A DNA stretch of 64,000 bases, taken from NCBI GenBank assembly GCA_016934735.1, contig JAFGSG010000110.1, positions 1,457 through 65,456 on the forward strand. The letters are read 5' to 3'. This DNA comes from Spirochaetota bacterium. Its GTDB lineage: Bacteria > Spirochaetota > UBA4802 > JAFGDQ01. The notes under the pieces were generated by a model. The model saw nothing but the letters and a program-made list of their open reading frames with translations, ran no database searches and was not told where the DNA came from. The translations under genes were made by a program, and so were the position numbers. This document shows, in pieces, positions 62,401 through 64,000 of this stretch (positions are counted from its first letter, which is position 1; every line of letters begins with the position of its first letter).

Positions 62401-62583
62401 ATTGTAATGATCAATCGTATTTTTGGGATCGAGCTGACAGTGGATTCAATCTTTTATTCGCCGACCGTATTACAAATGGCTAAACTAATTGAAGAGACAA
62501 AAACCGGCGATCGTAAACAGAATAATTTGAATGTAAAGAATACGATAGGGGATGCAATAAAAATGCTCGGTTTAACTGATTGA
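59491..62583 (+). CDS. Single-module type I PKS, KS-AT-ACP
   Basis: KS triad TACS, EAHGTGT, NIGH; AT GQGSQY, GHSIG, HAFHS (malonyl type); post-AT LPTYPFER; ACP FFELGGNSL; no KR/DH/TE. Confidence 0.93.
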   Translation: MPEQDNLLEDDIERIAIIGMAVRFPGANNIDEFWQNIRSGIESITNFSDDELRAYGVPEDWLSAPNFVKNGTILNDVDKFDAAFFGYSPREVIFMDPQHRLFIESAWEALENAGYMPENNNNSIGVFAGSGPNEYSSFLSDFNDNTNPAAQMEQLIGNERDFLSTRVSYKLNLKGPSMTVQTACSTSLIAVHLACQSLLSYQCSLSLAGAISINVTRSKGYFYQDGTIVSPDGHCRAFDAKANGTVGGQGVGIVVLKRLSEAIADGDHVYAVIRGSSINNDGGMKIGYTAPSVQGQAEVIAMAQAISDTPPDSIGYIEAHGTGTKLGDPIEIEALTQAFRIGTAKKQFCAIGSVKSNIGHADSAAGIAGLIKTALMLKYKEIPPSINYNEPNPSIDFNNSPFYVSTRLLEWKTDGAPRRAGVSSFGIGGTNAHAILEEAKPAIPSVISGPYRLMMISARSSQALNKACINLAEFIEKKPDINLADAAFTLQVGRRIFDHRRVILCRDSKEVITKLKGSDQNGVLSGNEPKSAPLVAFMFSGQGSQYAGMGSELYKKEGVFREHVDRCLDTLSSTHSIHLRNIIFPAKGIPDEAQKKIIRTDIAQASLFVLEYALAQLWISWGIKPKAMVGHSIGEYVAACLSGVFSLDTALSLVTARGTLMQQAMPGAMLAVSLPEAEVRDLTGDGLSLAAVNAPMSCVVSGDFLLIEAFEKRLEKQKTGFRRLHTSHAFHSAMMDPVLSMFRKEVSRHKFSPPQIPYLSNLTGDWITAEQATNHEYWVEHLRNTVMFSECAKKLLDNENMILLELGPGNTLCSLAMQQSAKAAGSRIFYSVRRHDEKRSDEEFILTVLGRLWLLGINPDWHGFYKDEKRQRVPLPTYPFERERYWPDYKIYKENVDKQKIMPVQMISDLMATNDEKNTISKNKNEEILYPSKIEDKVLAIWQELLQIKNIKPDSNFFELGGNSLIGANLIVMINRIFGIELTVDSIFYSPTVLQMAKLIEETKTGDRKQNNLNVKNTIGDAIKMLGLTD

Positions 62584-62742
62584 TCAATAAATATTTAAAT
62601 TTGTTTTAAAAAACCGATAGTATTTAACTAATGATATATTTTAATAATTCTAAAAATTTATGTGAATTATTGTATCTATCTTTTTTATTACTATAATGAT
62701 ATAAGTAAAGATTGAAAAAATCTTAGATTTTATTTTAATAAT

Positions 62743-63483
62743 ATGGAGGGAACTATGGGGAAAGGAGACGTTTTCATTAAATCTAAAAATGTTTTAATTT
62801 TTTTTATGTTTGTAACGGCACTTTTATTAATTGCTCATTTAACAGTAAATGTTATTCGTATTACAACAGGACATAGCGGATTGTTTGGTCTTGGTACAAT
62901 GTTTAACTTTTTCTATGAGAGGAATTTTCCAACATATTTTTCTTTATTTCTTTTATTATTTTCTTCATGTTTGCTGTCTATAATTTTTTATATAAAATTT
63001 AATAATTTTGATAAATTCCGTTTTCATTGGGGTTTTTTGGCATTAATTTTTTTATATTTATCATTCGATGAAGGTATGGAAATACATGAACAATTATCGG
63101 AACCGGTGCAAAGAATGCTCAATATCTTGCCCGGTTCTCTGGAATATTGGGGATGGATTATTCCGTTCAGCATACTTGCGCTGATTTTTGCATTGTGCTA
63201 TATACCCTTTTTCTTTCATTTAAACAAGAGATTTCGAATTTATTTTTTTCTATCTGCATTGATATATATATTTGGAACAATTGGTTTTGAATTTATAGAG
63301 GGATTTTACAGTATTCCATTTGCTGATAAACATGACTTAAATTATATAATTAACAGTACCCCATTTTTTATTTTGGTCACCATTGAAGAGTTACTTGAGA
63401 TGGGGGGAATTATCTTTTTTGTTTATACGCTTATCGAATATATAAAGTCAATACCATTCGAAATACAAATAAAATTTGATTAA
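62743..63483 (+). CDS. Polytopic membrane protein of unknown function
   Basis: About 6 TM helices; ERNFPTYFS, SFDEGMEIHE, WGWIIP, IEELLEMGG. Confidence 0.7.
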   Translation: MEGTMGKGDVFIKSKNVLIFFMFVTALLLIAHLTVNVIRITTGHSGLFGLGTMFNFFYERNFPTYFSLFLLLFSSCLLSIIFYIKFNNFDKFRFHWGFLALIFLYLSFDEGMEIHEQLSEPVQRMLNILPGSLEYWGWIIPFSILALIFALCYIPFFFHLNKRFRIYFFLSALIYIFGTIGFEFIEGFYSIPFADKHDLNYIINSTPFFILVTIEELLEMGGIIFFVYTLIEYIKSIPFEIQIKFD

Positions 63484-63545
63484 TTTGGAAAGAATAATTA
63501 GAATAATAAGTAAGTATGAATTTCTCAGGAATAAGGAGGTTCCAG

Positions 63546-64000
63546 TTGAGGAAAGCAGTTTTAATGAATATGTTTATTATAGTAATTATAAATTTTTTCG
63601 CTTGTTCGAAATTTTTTCGTTCATCAACGAACGTAAAGTACAAACAATTTTTTATAAATACGTCTAAAAATCCGCCATTGCTTGACGGTGTCGAGTTAGG
63701 TTATGGCAGAAATGATGGAACCCTGCGGATATACACGCCGAGAGATGCGGAAAAATCTTCCGGGTATGAATATTCTTTCACTAATAATAAATGGAGCTCT
63801 TTAACAAATTTTAATTCGACGGTTCTCTGCGTCTCTCCCGTTATAACAGATTTAAAAAAGGATGGGTCTAATTCTCTTTTTTTGGGCGGATGGAACGATC
63901 TGGGCGTAATCACTATGAAATACAGCAATGCCTGGCCGGAACCGTCGGTTCTTCCAAGGAGTTCAGGGAAAGGCATAATTCTGGCAATGAATGCAGGCAA
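63546..64000 (+). CDS. Lipoprotein with FG-GAP/VCBS-like repeats (partial, runs off window end)
   Basis: Not in the track; translated by hand. AAGGAGG RBS then TTG; MRKAVLMNMFIIVIINFFAC (lipobox), LGYGRNDGTLRIY, TDLKKDGSNSLFLG; open to 64000. Confidence 0.7.
   Translation, partial: MRKAVLMNMFIIVIINFFACSKFFRSSTNVKYKQFFINTSKNPPLLDGVELGYGRNDGTLRIYTPRDAEKSSGYEYSFTNNKWSSLTNFNSTVLCVSPVITDLKKDGSNSLFLGGWNDLGVITMKYSNAWPEPSVLPRSSGKGIILAMNAG

Noticed and set aside
1874-63667. Many 60-190-aa track ORFs (e.g. 1874-2062, 8895-9467, 14836-15168, 25659-25880, 63476-63667)
   Set aside because: They overlap well-supported genes on the other strand or frame, or lie in AT-rich spacers, and lack an RBS or motifs.
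63701-64000. Minus-strand 99-aa ORF
   Set aside because: It is the shadow of the plus-strand lipoprotein, which has an RBS, lipobox and repeat motifs.

Overview
AT-rich bacterial DNA, most likely a spirochaete of the Leptospirae side. The evidence is two short FlaB-type core flagellins, fliM and a LipL31-like lipoprotein directly after mfd. About 1-24.6 kb is mostly core and envelope genes: an FN3+GLUG surface lipoprotein, mfd, Nudix enzymes, an LpoB-like/TPR lipoprotein pair, flaB x2, PBP1A, pyrK, thpR, fliM, an M23 peptidase, an acyltransferase-esterase fusion and an outer-membrane beta-barrel. About 24.6-30.2 kb is a small islet bracketed by a 93-bp direct repeat of the beta-barrel gene's 3' end. 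It holds an ECF sigma factor, apbE, a truncated deacetylase and a dead IS701-like element with 18-bp TIRs. From 30.3 kb to the end is a patchwork surface-glycan locus. It carries a GDP-heptose pathway, two GT2s, Wzx, a VioA-like aminotransferase, an AsnB-like amidotransferase, MBOAT+SGNH, two NeuD-like and three GNAT acyltransferases, and three paralogous secreted beta-helix proteins. It also contains an intact Ser-specific NRPS (C-A-PCP) and a PKS (KS-AT-ACP), with no thioesterase in the window. The leading candidate for an undescribed system is this NRPS-PKS acting as an acyl-donor factory that decorates an amino-sugar glycan. No rRNA, tRNA or CRISPR array was seen. All family assignments come from motif recognition by eye, with no database searches.
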